DNA of 64,000 nucleotides, taken from an uncultured Gemmatimonadales bacterium. GTDB taxonomy: Bacteria > Gemmatimonadota > Gemmatimonadetes > Gemmatimonadales > GWC2-71-9. A program made the translations under genes and the position numbers. The first letter of the stretch is position 1; each line of letters opens with the position of its first letter. The stretch spans positions 232,943 through 296,942 of the forward strand of contig CAVQGA010000022.1 in the NCBI GenBank assembly GCA_963711915.1, read 5' to 3'. Shown here piece after piece: positions 51,031 to 60,796 of this stretch. The notes under the pieces are model-generated. The model had not been told where the DNA came from and made no database searches. It worked only from the letters and a program-made list of their open reading frames with translations.

Positions 51031-52776
51031 TCACCCCCGCATCGCAGCCGCAACCACGCCCGGCACCTTCGCCCAGCGTGCCCGCTCATCCAGGGAAGTC
51101 AGACGCCGCATCAGCGTGTCCGCGGTCCGGTGGCTGGGGAAGGTGGCTGGTTTCGGCACGATCGTCAGCGGGTGCCGCAGCACGGCCTTTTCGATCCCCT
51201 CGAGCATCGTGGTGTTGTGGACCCACCCCGTTCCGCTCTGGATGTCCTCGGGCACCGAGCCGGGATAAGCTCCCCACGGCGGAGTCGCATAGGCGAACAC
51301 GAACCCGGCCCAGCTGTTCACCCCGACGGCGCCGTAATTCAACCGCGCAATCGCGCGCTCTGCCGCCTCCGCAATGCGGGGGTCCTTCATGGTCCTGGGG
51401 TGAATCACGAGGTCGGCCGACAAGGTTCCCCACAGCCGGTTGTTGGCGAAATCCACAGCCCGCTCCAGGAATTCCACCGGATCGTCGCTTCCCACTTCGG
51501 TCTCGGAGAGGATCGAGCAGAAGGGCTCCGTGGAGAACGCCCGCTCACGGGAATCCGTGGCGTCCAGACCGGGAAGGATGGTCCACGGCAACCGGCCGGG
51601 ACCCGCACGGCCGATGGTTCGCGCTTGCGGCCGCCCGCCCGCGAGCTCGTGCCACCGGGCCTCAGCGCCCGGGTAATACGCTCGGCGCACCGGCGCCTGA
51701 GCAAAGGCTCGCTCGAGTGCGGTCATGAAGGCGGCGCGACCGCTCCAGCCCTTCGGCAGGATGAGCATCTTGGGAGAGTTGCACAGGAATGAAGCGTTCA
51801 TCACCACCGCTCCCACGATGCTCTCCGCCTGGAACGCCAGTTCCCGGGCGCTGTAGCGCCCGGGCACCACCAGCACCGGGGACACGTTGCCGAGCTCGGC
51901 GCTCACGGGCTTCGCGATCAGCGGGGCGTGCCCGGCCTTCCGCGCGTCCCGCTCGGGGCCCGGCGGCCCCCAGACCATCTGGTCGTACGTCCGGTCGGAG
52001 CCGGTGAGGTGGATCTCGTCGATCCCCGAGTGCTGCGCCAGGTAGGCGCCTTCCTCCGCCCCGCCGTACACCACCGTCAGATAGCCCCGCCGGATCGGCT
52101 CCGCGAAGGCCTCTTCCAGGAACGGCCCCAGATAGGCGTTGACCGGATTCATCTTGAGCAGGCACACCTTGCCTTCGTTGAAGAGCTTGGTGATGACATC
52201 CATGGCGGGGATGGCCGCGATGTTGCCTGCGCCGAGCACCAGCACGGTCCGGCCCGGGCGGGGCGAGCCCCTGTAGTAGCCGGCGCGAGTGGCGTGCATG
52301 CTCGCCTCGTCGATGCCGGCCTGGAAGCGCACCTCGACCACGATGCCCGAGAAGAGCACGCCGTCGATCCGGTTCGCCGGGAAGACGCGCGCGGTGAGCC
52401 GCCCGTCAGGGGATTGTCCGACCGGCCCGACCGGCGTGTTTCCGGTGCGCGCGAGCGCATCGAGCGACTCCGCCACCAAACGCAACTGGCGGACGACACT
52501 CCAGGGACCCGTGGCCCATTCCTCCCCCTCCATCGGCGTTCCAATCGGGATTCCCTTGGCCTCGCAGGCGGCCCGCACGCTTCGCTCCGCGATCCGCAGA
52601 TAGCCCGCCTGCATCGCGCGGGCGAGTGCGATGCGATCGGGGAGGGAAAGGCGGGCGAACGCCGCACCACCCTCCTGCAGTCGGGCGACGGCCTGGTCGA
52701 GCTCGCGCCGTGCCGTTGGCCTATGCGGCGCGGCCGACGCCGTTCGGGCACCTCCAACAACTGGCTGGGCAGTCAT
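51031..52776 (-). CDS. aldehyde dehydrogenase superfamily protein (long, ~580-aa subgroup)
   Basis: ELGNVSPVLVV (the ALDH catalytic Glu region), LCNSPK (Cys region) and LTGSDRTYD. RBS GGAGGG precedes ATG 52776. Confidence 0.7.
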   Translation of the reverse strand: MTAQPVVGGARTASAAPHRPTARRELDQAVARLQEGGAAFARLSLPDRIALARAMQAGYLRIAERSVRAACEAKGIPIGTPMEGEEWATGPWSVVRQLRLVAESLDALARTGNTPVGPVGQSPDGRLTARVFPANRIDGVLFSGIVVEVRFQAGIDEASMHATRAGYYRGSPRPGRTVLVLGAGNIAAIPAMDVITKLFNEGKVCLLKMNPVNAYLGPFLEEAFAEPIRRGYLTVVYGGAEEGAYLAQHSGIDEIHLTGSDRTYDQMVWGPPGPERDARKAGHAPLIAKPVSAELGNVSPVLVVPGRYSARELAFQAESIVGAVVMNASFLCNSPKMLILPKGWSGRAAFMTALERAFAQAPVRRAYYPGAEARWHELAGGRPQARTIGRAGPGRLPWTILPGLDATDSRERAFSTEPFCSILSETEVGSDDPVEFLERAVDFANNRLWGTLSADLVIHPRTMKDPRIAEAAERAIARLNYGAVGVNSWAGFVFAYATPPWGAYPGSVPEDIQSGTGWVHNTTMLEGIEKAVLRHPLTIVPKPATFPSHRTADTLMRRLTSLDERARWAKVPGVVAAAMRG

Positions 52777-52879
52777 ACTCACCCTCCTTCTGCCTGCAAT
52801 GGGGTGAAGCCCGGGGGAGACGAAAAGCCGGATGACCCGCGACTCCCCCCTGGCGAGTGCCGTCCGGGAGGCCGGCAGC

Positions 52880-53386
52880 TTACTTGACGTCCACTTCGCC
52901 AGCCCACTCGACCGTATACGTGTCCGGCCCCGTGATCCGACCTTCATAGGTGCCGTGGCCCGCGGGGCCCTTCGTCGAGGTCCAGGTTCCCTTGAAGCTG
53001 GTGGCCGGCTGATGATCCGGGCCCAGGACGGTCGTGAGCTTTCCGCTCCAGCGTGTTACTCTGACGTTTCCGCTCAATGATGTGACGGCATAGCCCTGGT
53101 GAGGTCCGGTCCCCTGCGTCATGTCCGCGGACTCGATGATCGTCACCTGGGCGCCGTCCTCGAAGGGAGAGGGCCCGGTGCTTCGGTTGGCGCCCGTGGC
53201 CTCGGTGGCGATGACCACGTGGCCGTCGGCGTCGGGCACTGGAATCGGATGCCGCTGGCTGTAGGTCATCGTGTAGGTGCCCGCCACGCGGGTCATGTGA
53301 CCCGAGGGGCGCGCGGCGAGAAGCAGGAGGGGGACGAGCGGGGCCGCGGCGAACAGGACCAGGCGGCGATTGGCAAAGGACGACAT
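52880..53386 (-). CDS. secreted hypothetical protein
   Basis: Signal peptide MSSFANRRLVLFAAAPLVPLLLLAA, followed by a beta-rich T/G-rich sequence with good GC3. Confidence 0.55.
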   Translation of the reverse strand: MSSFANRRLVLFAAAPLVPLLLLAARPSGHMTRVAGTYTMTYSQRHPIPVPDADGHVVIATEATGANRSTGPSPFEDGAQVTIIESADMTQGTGPHQGYAVTSLSGNVRVTRWSGKLTTVLGPDHQPATSFKGTWTSTKGPAGHGTYEGRITGPDTYTVEWAGEVDVK

Positions 53387-53499
53387 GGGGCGATCCTCCG
53401 TGAGGGTTGCTTGCCATCTTCGGTGTCGCGGCCTACACTAGCGCCGAGGGCTCAGGCGCCCGTCAGACGGGTGTCATACGGGCCTCAAACGGAGATGTG

Positions 53500-55619
53500 A
53501 TGCGGCTGTTGATGCTCGGGGGCCTGTCGGTGGACCACGGGAAGACGACCCGCCCGGGAGCCGCCTCGCAGCGGAAGGCGCTCGCCCTGCTCGCCCTGCT
53601 CGGCGGGGCCGGCGGGCGCGGGGTGAGCCGCGACAAGCTCATCGCGCTATCTCTGGCCGGACAGTCCCACCGATCACGCCCTCCACAGTTTGACCCAACT
53701 GCTCTACAGCCTGCGCCGTGACATCGGCGCCGAGAGCCTGTTCCTCGGCACCACCGAGCTGTCGCTCAATCCGGAGCTCCTGGCGGTCGATCTGGTAGAG
53801 TTCACGTCGGCGCTCGAAGCGGGCAACTTCGCGCGCGCGGTCGATGTGTACCGCGGGCCGTTCCTCGACGGGTTCTTCCTGGCCGGTGCGCCGGAGTTCG
53901 AGCGTTGGGTCGAGGGAGAGCGGAGCCGGCTCGCTCAGCGTCATCTCGGCGCACTGCAGTCCCTGGCGGAGGCGGCGAGCCGCCACGGTCACCCGGCCGC
54001 GGCAGCGGAGTGGTGGTGCCAACTGGCACGGGCGGACCCGCTCAACGCGCGGATCGCGATCGGCTGCATGGAGGCGATGGGGGCCGCCGGCGATCGGGCC
54101 GGGGCGCTGAAGATCGCGCTGGCGTACGACAGCCTCGATCCGCGCGGAGCTCGACACCGAGCCGGACCCCGCGGTCGCCGCCGCCGCCGATCGGCTGCGG
54201 AACCCACCCGTCCCGGCGGCCGCGGCGCCCGCCACGCCGGCGATCGCCGTCCTCCCCTTCGTCAACTTGACGCCCGATCGGGAGAACGAGTACTTCAGCG
54301 ACGGGATGACCGAAGAGGTCTCCAACACGCTCGCACGGGTGCCGGGACTGCGGGTCGCCGCGCGGACCTCCGCCTTCGCATTCAAGGGCAAGGACGTCGA
54401 CGCGCGCGAGATCGCCGCCCGCCTCGGTGTGAGTACGCTGGTGGCAGGCAGCGTGCGCAAGATCGGCAACCGTATCCGCCTGACGGCGCAGCTCATCGAC
54501 GGCGCGGACGGCTGCCATCTCTGGTCCGAGACCTACGAACGCGCCATGGACGACGTCTTCGCGCTCCAGGAGGAGCTCGCGCGCGCGATCGTGAGCGCGC
54601 TTCCGGTGTCGGCGCAAGTGGCGCCGCCGGGCCCGGCCCCGGCGCCCACCCAGGCGCTCGACGCCTACACCCTCTACCTCCGGGGCCGGTACGCCGCCCT
54701 GAAGCGCACCGTGGAAGGACTTTCCGTCGGCATCGAGTACTTCGAGCAGGCGATCGAGAAGGACCCGCACTACGTCCTGGCATACGCAAGCCTGGCGGAA
54801 TGCTGGGCACTGCGGGGGTTCGGGGAGTTCGGCGATCTCGATCCGAACCTGGCGATGCCGAGAGCGCGGGCCGCGGCGCTCGAAGCCCTGCGTCTCGACC
54901 CGAATTCGTCACAGGCTCACACCTGGCTCGGCGTCGTCCACTTTCTGTCTGATTGGGACTGGGCCGCGGCCGAAAGCGAGTTGCGGGAGGCACTGCGGCT
55001 CCAACGGGATAACGCCTACGCGCACGTCTGGTACGCGATCCTGCTTGCCCAGTTGCGCCGACACGGCGAGAGCCTGCGGGAAATCCACCTCGCCGAGGGG
55101 CTCGAACCGCTCTCGCCCGCGGTGCGGCTCTCGATCGGGCGGTGCTACTACTTTGCCCGGCGCTACCAGGAGGCGCTGGAATGCCTTCAGGGCATGCAGC
55201 GGGCCCAGCCGCGGGACCGGCTCCTCGCGATGTGGATCGCCCGGGCGCTGACCTGCACCGGGCGCCACGGCGAGGCGCTCGAGGAGTTGGAAAACGTCAC
55301 CGCCGCGGGCCCGCAGCTCCTTGCCCTGCGGGCGCTCCGGAGTGTCCTGCTCGTCGGCGCGGGGCGCCGGCAGGAAGCGCTGACGCTCGCCCGGGAGGCG
55401 GAGCAGGAGACGAAACGGGGACAGGCACCTTACTCCTTCACGTTCTCGGCCGTCACCCTCTTCCGGCTGGGCGAGTCTGCTGCGGCCTTCGAGGTCCTGG
55501 AGCACGGCGTACGCACCCGCTCGGCCTACATGCCGTTCCTGGGTGAGCCGCTGTCCGAGCCACTCCGGGCTGATCCACGCTTCGGCAAGCTGCTGGAACG
55601 GCTCGGACTTCCGATGTGA
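53500..55619 (+). pseudogene. SARP/BTAD-type transcriptional regulator fused to a TolB-like module and TPR repeats, interrupted by two +1 frameshifts
   Basis: A continuous homologous reading needs frame changes near 53650 (..RDKLIAL|LWPDSPTDHALHSLTQLLYSLRR..) and near 54137 (..ALAYDSL|IRAELDTEPDP..AIAVLPFVNLTPDRENEYFSDGMTEEV..). All three frames are open across the junctions. Confidence 0.7.
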
Positions 55620-55659
55620 GTCCGACCGGATCGCCGGATCCCGGTCCCCGGCTGCGGCC

Positions 55660-56547
55660 TCAGGGACGAGTGGCCGGCGCCGCTCCCTCCCGCTCTACCA
55701 CCGCCTCCACCACCAGCTTGACCAGCCGCTCCGCGCCCTCGTAGGCCGCGACCTCCGACCGGTCCCATTCGATCCGCGCCCGTCCGCTGAGCTGGAGGGT
55801 GCCGCCGTCCTCGAAATTCACCACGAGCAGGCCGGCACGCGGATCGGCGGCGAGGTTGCCGAGGGTGTTGAACATCATGTTGCCCGAATAGTCCGGGATG
55901 ACCAGCCGGTCGGGCGCCGTCACACGCACGAACCCGGGCGCGCCGCCGCGATGCGACACGTCGGCGCCGGCGCGCGGGTGGCGGCTCGCCAGGAACAGGG
56001 TGTCGGCCTGGGCCAGTCGGCGCATGTGCTCGGCGGTGAGGCGCGTGCCGCTCCGGACCGGCGGCGGAGCGGAGCCGTCCGAACCAGGGAGCGCGACCTC
56101 ACGCGGCCGGATGTACTTCGGGCAGTTGGCATACACCTCGCGCGTCGTGACCTCCAGGCCAGCCGCGCCGTCGGGCCGAGCGCGGCCGTTCACGCGCATG
56201 CGCCGCCGGGTGGCGGGGTCGATCAGCAGCAGGCCGATGTCCGCCTCGCCTGTGAGCGCCTTAGCCAGCGGGTCGTCGTGGTCGAGCCGCGCGGCAATGT
56301 GCAGGCGGTCCTCCGCCGGCACCGTCAGGAACCCGGGCGCGCCTCGGAGCAGGCTCGCCCACACGCGCCCTTCGGCGTCGCCCGCGCCGACCACGGCGAA
56401 CGGGCGCTCCAGCGCGAATTGCCGGGCCAGCGGAGGGATTGCCGCGTGGATGCCCCGCCCGATCCGCGCCGCGTTTGCCTCGACTCCGGCCCGGCGCTGA
56501 ACCGCCAGCTCACCCTCGTGGTACGGTCCCATCAAAAGAACCCGCAC
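55660..56547 (-). CDS. pyridoxamine 5'-phosphate oxidase-like FMN-binding split-barrel protein (two-domain)
   Basis: HEGELAVQRRAG..., VYANCPKYI and SHRGGAPGFVRV...IPDYSGNMMFNTLGNL motifs. An alternative ATG is at 56532. Confidence 0.7.
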   Translation of the reverse strand: MRVLLMGPYHEGELAVQRRAGVEANAARIGRGIHAAIPPLARQFALERPFAVVGAGDAEGRVWASLLRGAPGFLTVPAEDRLHIAARLDHDDPLAKALTGEADIGLLLIDPATRRRMRVNGRARPDGAAGLEVTTREVYANCPKYIRPREVALPGSDGSAPPPVRSGTRLTAEHMRRLAQADTLFLASRHPRAGADVSHRGGAPGFVRVTAPDRLVIPDYSGNMMFNTLGNLAADPRAGLLVVNFEDGGTLQLSGRARIEWDRSEVAAYEGAERLVKLVVEAVVEREGAAPATRP

Positions 56548-56996
56548 GACGGCGCGCCGGCCACGGGCGCCGCCAGGCCGGCCGCGCCGGTCGGGCTGTA
56601 GACCTCGAGCCGGATCCCGTCGGGATCGGTGAAGAAGAGCGCGGCAGACTCGGCGCCTTCGCGATGCGGCACGACCCCGTCGTAGCGGGGCGTCACACCG
56701 CGCGCGCGGAGCTTGGCCTCGATCGCCTGCACTGCATCGAGCGTCGGGAGCTGGAGCGCCAGGTGGTGGAGCCCCGAATGCCGCGGCTCGAACCCCGCCC
56801 GGCTCTGCTGCCAGAGTGTCAGGAACAACCGGCCGCCGGTGCCGAGGAACGCAAACCGTTGCCCATCGTGGTCGGCGGCCTGGATGAGGTCCAGGTCGAG
56901 GACCTCCTGGTAAAACGCGAGCGACCGGTCGAGGTCGGTGACGGAGAGGCCGACATGGCCGGGAGCGATCACGGACGTGGGGGCGGGCACGGGCAT
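56532..56996 (-). CDS. VOC (glyoxalase/bleomycin resistance/dioxygenase) family protein
   Basis: GHVGLSVTDLDRSLAFYQEVL...GLHHLAL...FFTDPDGIRLEV. Confidence 0.8.
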   Translation of the reverse strand: MPVPAPTSVIAPGHVGLSVTDLDRSLAFYQEVLDLDLIQAADHDGQRFAFLGTGGRLFLTLWQQSRAGFEPRHSGLHHLALQLPTLDAVQAIEAKLRARGVTPRYDGVVPHREGAESAALFFTDPDGIRLEVYSPTGAAGLAAPVAGAPSCGFF

Positions 56997-57070
56997 GGCG
57001 ATCTCCTGGTGAACGGGACGGGAACGGCCGGTCCGTGCGCGGGTGCAGCCAACCGGCGACTATCAGTGGT

Positions 57071-57138
57071 CAAAAGTACTTTTGGTAGTGATAAGTTCCA
57101 ACCCTTCATTTGTCAATCGAGCTTTTGCCGCTTATACT
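57071..57138 (+). promoter_or_regulatory. 14-bp perfect palindrome CAAAAGTACTTTTG plus sigma70-type promoter TTGTCA-N17-TATACT ending 8 nt before the CGNR gene ATG
   Basis: Palindrome at 57071-57084. -35 at 57110-57115 and -10 at 57133-57138. ATG at 57147 implies a leaderless or near-leaderless mRNA. The region is an AT-rich island in the divergent gap. Confidence 0.5.
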
Positions 57139-57146
57139 CCCCGCCC

Positions 57147-57776
57147 ATGCGTATCGCCGACCCGCCCCCGTTCGTCTTCGTGGGCAATCACCGGGCCCTC
57201 GACTTCGTCAACACCGAAGTCGCGGTCGAAGGCGTCCCGCGCGATCTGCTCGGCGAGCTCGACGATGTGACCGCCTGGCTCGTCCAGGCGGGCGCGCTCG
57301 ATCGCGCCTCGGCGCGGACGGCACTGGCCCGGTGGGGCGGCCGGCGCCGGCGAAGGACGGCCGTCGAGACGGCCCGGGAGCTTCGCACCGCGCTCCGCCG
57401 GCTGGCCGACGCGTGGGCGGCGGGAAGGCCGGCGCCGCGCGCCACCGTGGGATTGGTGAACGAGCTGCTGGCGCGCGGAGGGAGCACGTCGAAGCTCGTC
57501 CCGGCAGGTGACGGCCCGGGCTTCGCGGTCGAGCGGGGTGTGCGCCTGGAAGCGCCGGAGGATCTGCTGGTGCCGATCGCCGAGGCGGCGGCCGACTTGC
57601 TGTGCCACGCCGACCCTGCCCGGGTGCGCCGCTGCGCGCACCCGGCGTGCGTGCTTTACTTCCTCGATGGCACCAAGAACGGCACCCGACGTTGGTGCGA
57701 CATGCGGACCTGCGGCAACCGCACGAACGCCGCCGCCTACTACCGCCGCCGCCGGGCCGAGCCGCCGGCGGCCTGA
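57147..57776 (+). CDS. CGNR zinc-finger (ABATE domain) putative regulator
   Basis: ALDFVNT N-terminal motif. C-terminal CAHPACVLYFLDGTKNGTRRWCDMRTCGNRTNAAAY. Confidence 0.85.
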   Translation: MRIADPPPFVFVGNHRALDFVNTEVAVEGVPRDLLGELDDVTAWLVQAGALDRASARTALARWGGRRRRRTAVETARELRTALRRLADAWAAGRPAPRATVGLVNELLARGGSTSKLVPAGDGPGFAVERGVRLEAPEDLLVPIAEAAADLLCHADPARVRRCAHPACVLYFLDGTKNGTRRWCDMRTCGNRTNAAAYYRRRRAEPPAA

Positions 57777-57797
57777 CGCGTCCCCTTCCCTTCCGCT

Positions 57798-58355
57798 ATG
57801 GCACTGACCTACTGCGACGTCGCCCCGGGCCACGAGTGGCACGGGCCGTACCACGACCGGGAGTACGGCTTCCCACTGGCCGGTGACGCCGAGTTGTTCG
57901 AGCGGCTGGTGCTGGAGATCAACCAGGCGGGCCTCTCGTGGCTGACGGTGCTCAAGAAGCGGGAGGCCTTCCGCCGGGCCTACGGCAACTTCGATCCGGC
58001 GGTCGTGGCCGTCTACGGCGCGCGCGACCGGCGGCGGCTCCTGGCCGACGCGGGCATCATCCGGAACCGGCTCAAGGTGGACGCGGCGATCGCCAACGCG
58101 GCGACCATCCTCGAGCTGCGCGAGTCGCACGGCTCGTTCGCCGGCTGGCTCGACGCGCACCACCCGCGGAGCAAGCCGGAGTGGGTGCAGCTGTTCAAGC
58201 GGACGTTCCGGTTCACGGGCGGGGAGATCGTCGGGGAGTTCCTGATGAGCACCGGCTACCTGCCCGGGGCGCACGCGGCGAGCTGCCCGGTGTATCGGCG
58301 GGTGGCTGCGCGGCGGCCGGCGTGGATGCGGAAGGTCAGTGCTCGGTCGCCCTGA
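57798..58355 (+). CDS. tag: DNA-3-methyladenine glycosylase I
   Basis: YHDREYGFP, LEINQAGLSWLTVLKKR and FTGGEIVGEFLMSTG motifs. Confidence 0.9.
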   Translation: MALTYCDVAPGHEWHGPYHDREYGFPLAGDAELFERLVLEINQAGLSWLTVLKKREAFRRAYGNFDPAVVAVYGARDRRRLLADAGIIRNRLKVDAAIANAATILELRESHGSFAGWLDAHHPRSKPEWVQLFKRTFRFTGGEIVGEFLMSTGYLPGAHAASCPVYRRVAARRPAWMRKVSARSP

Positions 58356-58608
58356 AACAGCGTGCGCGGTGGGTCGACGCCCGAATGGCATCGGCCCGCC
58401 AGTCGCCAAGGGTCTTGCCCGTTTCGGCCCGCGGCCCCACTCATGGATGCCATGACCGCTGATCATCCGCCGCTCCGGGAGCGGGCCCACGCCTGTCTCG
58501 CGCGCTCGGTCTACATCCTGTCCCTCTCGCATCGCCGGCGTTGCCGGTTGCGCGATCCACCACCTCGACTGCGACGGCCCCAAACGGCGGATTGGGGGCC
58601 GTAGCGGG

Positions 58609-59181
58609 TTACATGTGGCCCGTCTTGCCGCCCGCCACCGGATGCCAATCGGCGGAAGCCGCGGCCTGCTTCTCTTTCTTCGACCAGACCAGCAGCTTGG
58701 TGAACTTGCTCAGGTCCTTGCCCTTGGGCAGGTCATACGCCTGTGCCCCGCTCGCGCTCTTGAGCTTGCCGAGCCAGAGGGCGCCCTTCGCGGGGGTATC
58801 ACCATTGGCGAGCACGAGATAGAGGTCGGCGCGCGGGGCCACGGCGAAGTCGTCGGTCAGGGCGAGCTGCTGCTTGCCGCCGGTGTCGGTGATGGCGTAG
58901 TCCCCGGCGGCCTTCTGGCCGGCGGCGCCCATGAACATCATGCTCGAGCCCATGTCGCCGCCCATGGCGCCGCCCATGGCGCTGTCGTGATTCATCATCT
59001 GATCCTTGGCCATCGAGCCCTTGTCCATCATGGCCGAGTCGTGCGACATCATCATCGAGTCGTGCTGCATCATGGCCGAGTCGTGCGACATCATGGTCGT
59101 GTCCTGCTGGGCGGCGAGCGGTCCCGCGACGACGGTAGACGCCAGCAGCACGACGGCGGTGAGGTTGGTGCGGTACGACAT
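58609..59181 (-). CDS. secreted DM13-domain protein with Met/His-rich N-terminal repeats
   Basis: Signal peptide, then MMSHDSAMMQHDSMMMSHDSAMMDKGSMAKDQMMNHDSAMGGAMGGDMGSSMMFM. C-terminal FAVAPRADLYLVL...YDLPKG...LLVWSKK fits the DM13 pattern. Confidence 0.7.
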   Translation of the reverse strand: MSYRTNLTAVVLLASTVVAGPLAAQQDTTMMSHDSAMMQHDSMMMSHDSAMMDKGSMAKDQMMNHDSAMGGAMGGDMGSSMMFMGAAGQKAAGDYAITDTGGKQQLALTDDFAVAPRADLYLVLANGDTPAKGALWLGKLKSASGAQAYDLPKGKDLSKFTKLLVWSKKEKQAAASADWHPVAGGKTGHM

Positions 59182-59367
59182 GAGCGCTCCTGTGGTGTGC
59201 GGAATGGTGAGGCTGAGCTAGCAACGCCCGTGCGGGCGGATCGGATCTCTCGGACCCGGTACTCGCGCGTCGGATGCGCGGCTGAGCCGATCGGTTGCGC
59301 GACCGCCGCGCCGGCTCGGGCGGGAATTCACGCTCGACTACTCGCCACCTAGGGCCTACGGGGATTC

Positions 59368-59928
59368 TTGGTTACGATACAGACGCCCACCCCGGAACCT
59401 CGGACGGGTACGCCATCTTCCGCGCCGGAGCAGCCGCGGGTGGCGTTCCTCCGACCACATCCACAGGCACGACGCGTGTTCGACATCGAATTGCTGGGCG
59501 AACCCGAAGGCGAAGGCGAACGGCTCTTCAGCTGGGGCCGGCTCACGCTCGGGCACTTCCGAGAGGAGTTCCAGGCCCCGCTCTACGAGTGGGCTCCCGG
59601 CGATTACGCCGCGCATTGGCTGGAGTCGGCACAACGCCTGGCCCAGGGGGCGCCGGTGGCCGTCTTCCTGACCCACATGGTTCGGCCGGATGCCCCGTAT
59701 CACCTCGGCTGGTCTGCATGGCGGGAGGGCGACCGCATCATGGTGCAGGAGCGCCTGTTTCTCTGCGAGCAGCTCAACGGGCCGTTCGATCCCGAGTTTC
59801 CCGAGGTGCACGCCGGTTCCCGCCAGGAGCACTCGGTGGAAGGCGTGCGGATCTCGCAGTGGGAGGTCGGCGTGCACGACGTAGCCGCCTTCGTCGAGCG
59901 GCGGCGGCAGTCAAGCATCCCCGCCTAG
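59368..59928 (+). CDS. hypothetical protein
   Basis: 186-aa ORF with a TTG start; the true start may be further downstream. No family assigned with confidence. Confidence 0.45.
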   Translation: MVTIQTPTPEPRTGTPSSAPEQPRVAFLRPHPQARRVFDIELLGEPEGEGERLFSWGRLTLGHFREEFQAPLYEWAPGDYAAHWLESAQRLAQGAPVAVFLTHMVRPDAPYHLGWSAWREGDRIMVQERLFLCEQLNGPFDPEFPEVHAGSRQEHSVEGVRISQWEVGVHDVAAFVERRRQSSIPA

Positions 59929-60031
59929 TTCGCAAGACGCCGCCTCACTCCCGATGGTGCCGCTCGGGCCGGATCGGGACCGGAGCCCGTCACTCGACCG
60001 TCGACCATGACCGAGCCCAGCGAGGCGGCGC

Positions 60032-60796
60032 ATGAGAGAACACAGGATCATTCGGGCCGGCGGTGTCGCCCTGATCGTCGGCGCGGTGGCGTTTCTCACC
60101 GTCTTCTCCTACCTCGCGGCGCGGTTCGACTACCCGGCCATCCTCGACGGCAGCGCGGAGACCGTGCTGCCGAAACTGCTCGCCACGGGGGCCACCGGCC
60201 GCGCGGTCTGGGCCGTCTATGGCTTCCTGCCGATCATCTGGATCCCGGCCGGCGTCGCGGCGTTCCACGCCCTCAGGCCCGTGCGCGAGGGGAGCACGCG
60301 CAGTGGCATGCTGTTCGCCTTGATCGCCGCGCTGAGCATGATGTTGGGCCTCCTCCGGTGGCCGAGCATCCACTGGACGCTGGCCGAGGCCTACGGCCGA
60401 GCCGACCCGTCCGGACGAATGGCGCTCGCCGCGATCTTCAGCGGGCTCAACAGCTACCTCGGCAACTACATCGGCGAATTCCTCGGGGAGCTCAGCGTCA
60501 GCCTGTTCTTCCTGCTGTCGGCGCTGGCCATGCTCGACCGAAACGCCGGGTTTCCCCGCTGGATGGGATATCTCGGTATTGCCACGGCCGTGGCGGGGTT
60601 GGTCGGCATGTTCCGCAACGTCACGGCTGTGGTCGCGCCTATCGCCTCCCTGAACAATTACCTGCTCCCACTGTGGATGATCGTCTTCGGAGGTGGTCTG
60701 CTGCGGTGCAGTGGTCGCATTGCGGGTCGCGACGGACCCGCTTCGCGCACGCCGTCGACCGGCGCGAGTGGGGCCCGGGCCGCGTCCGCCGGCTAG
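60032..60796 (+). CDS. DUF4386-like polytopic membrane protein
   Basis: About 6 TM helices and an IGEFLGELSVSLFFLL motif. Confidence 0.6.
   Translation: MREHRIIRAGGVALIVGAVAFLTVFSYLAARFDYPAILDGSAETVLPKLLATGATGRAVWAVYGFLPIIWIPAGVAAFHALRPVREGSTRSGMLFALIAALSMMLGLLRWPSIHWTLAEAYGRADPSGRMALAAIFSGLNSYLGNYIGEFLGELSVSLFFLLSALAMLDRNAGFPRWMGYLGIATAVAGLVGMFRNVTAVVAPIASLNNYLLPLWMIVFGGGLLRCSGRIAGRDGPASRTPSTGASGARAASAG

Noticed and set aside
58576-58600. GGCCCC-N12-GGGGCC hairpin between convergent tag and the DM13 gene as a terminator
   Set aside because: Short 6-bp stem, a large 12-nt loop and no U-tract on either strand. Too weak to call.
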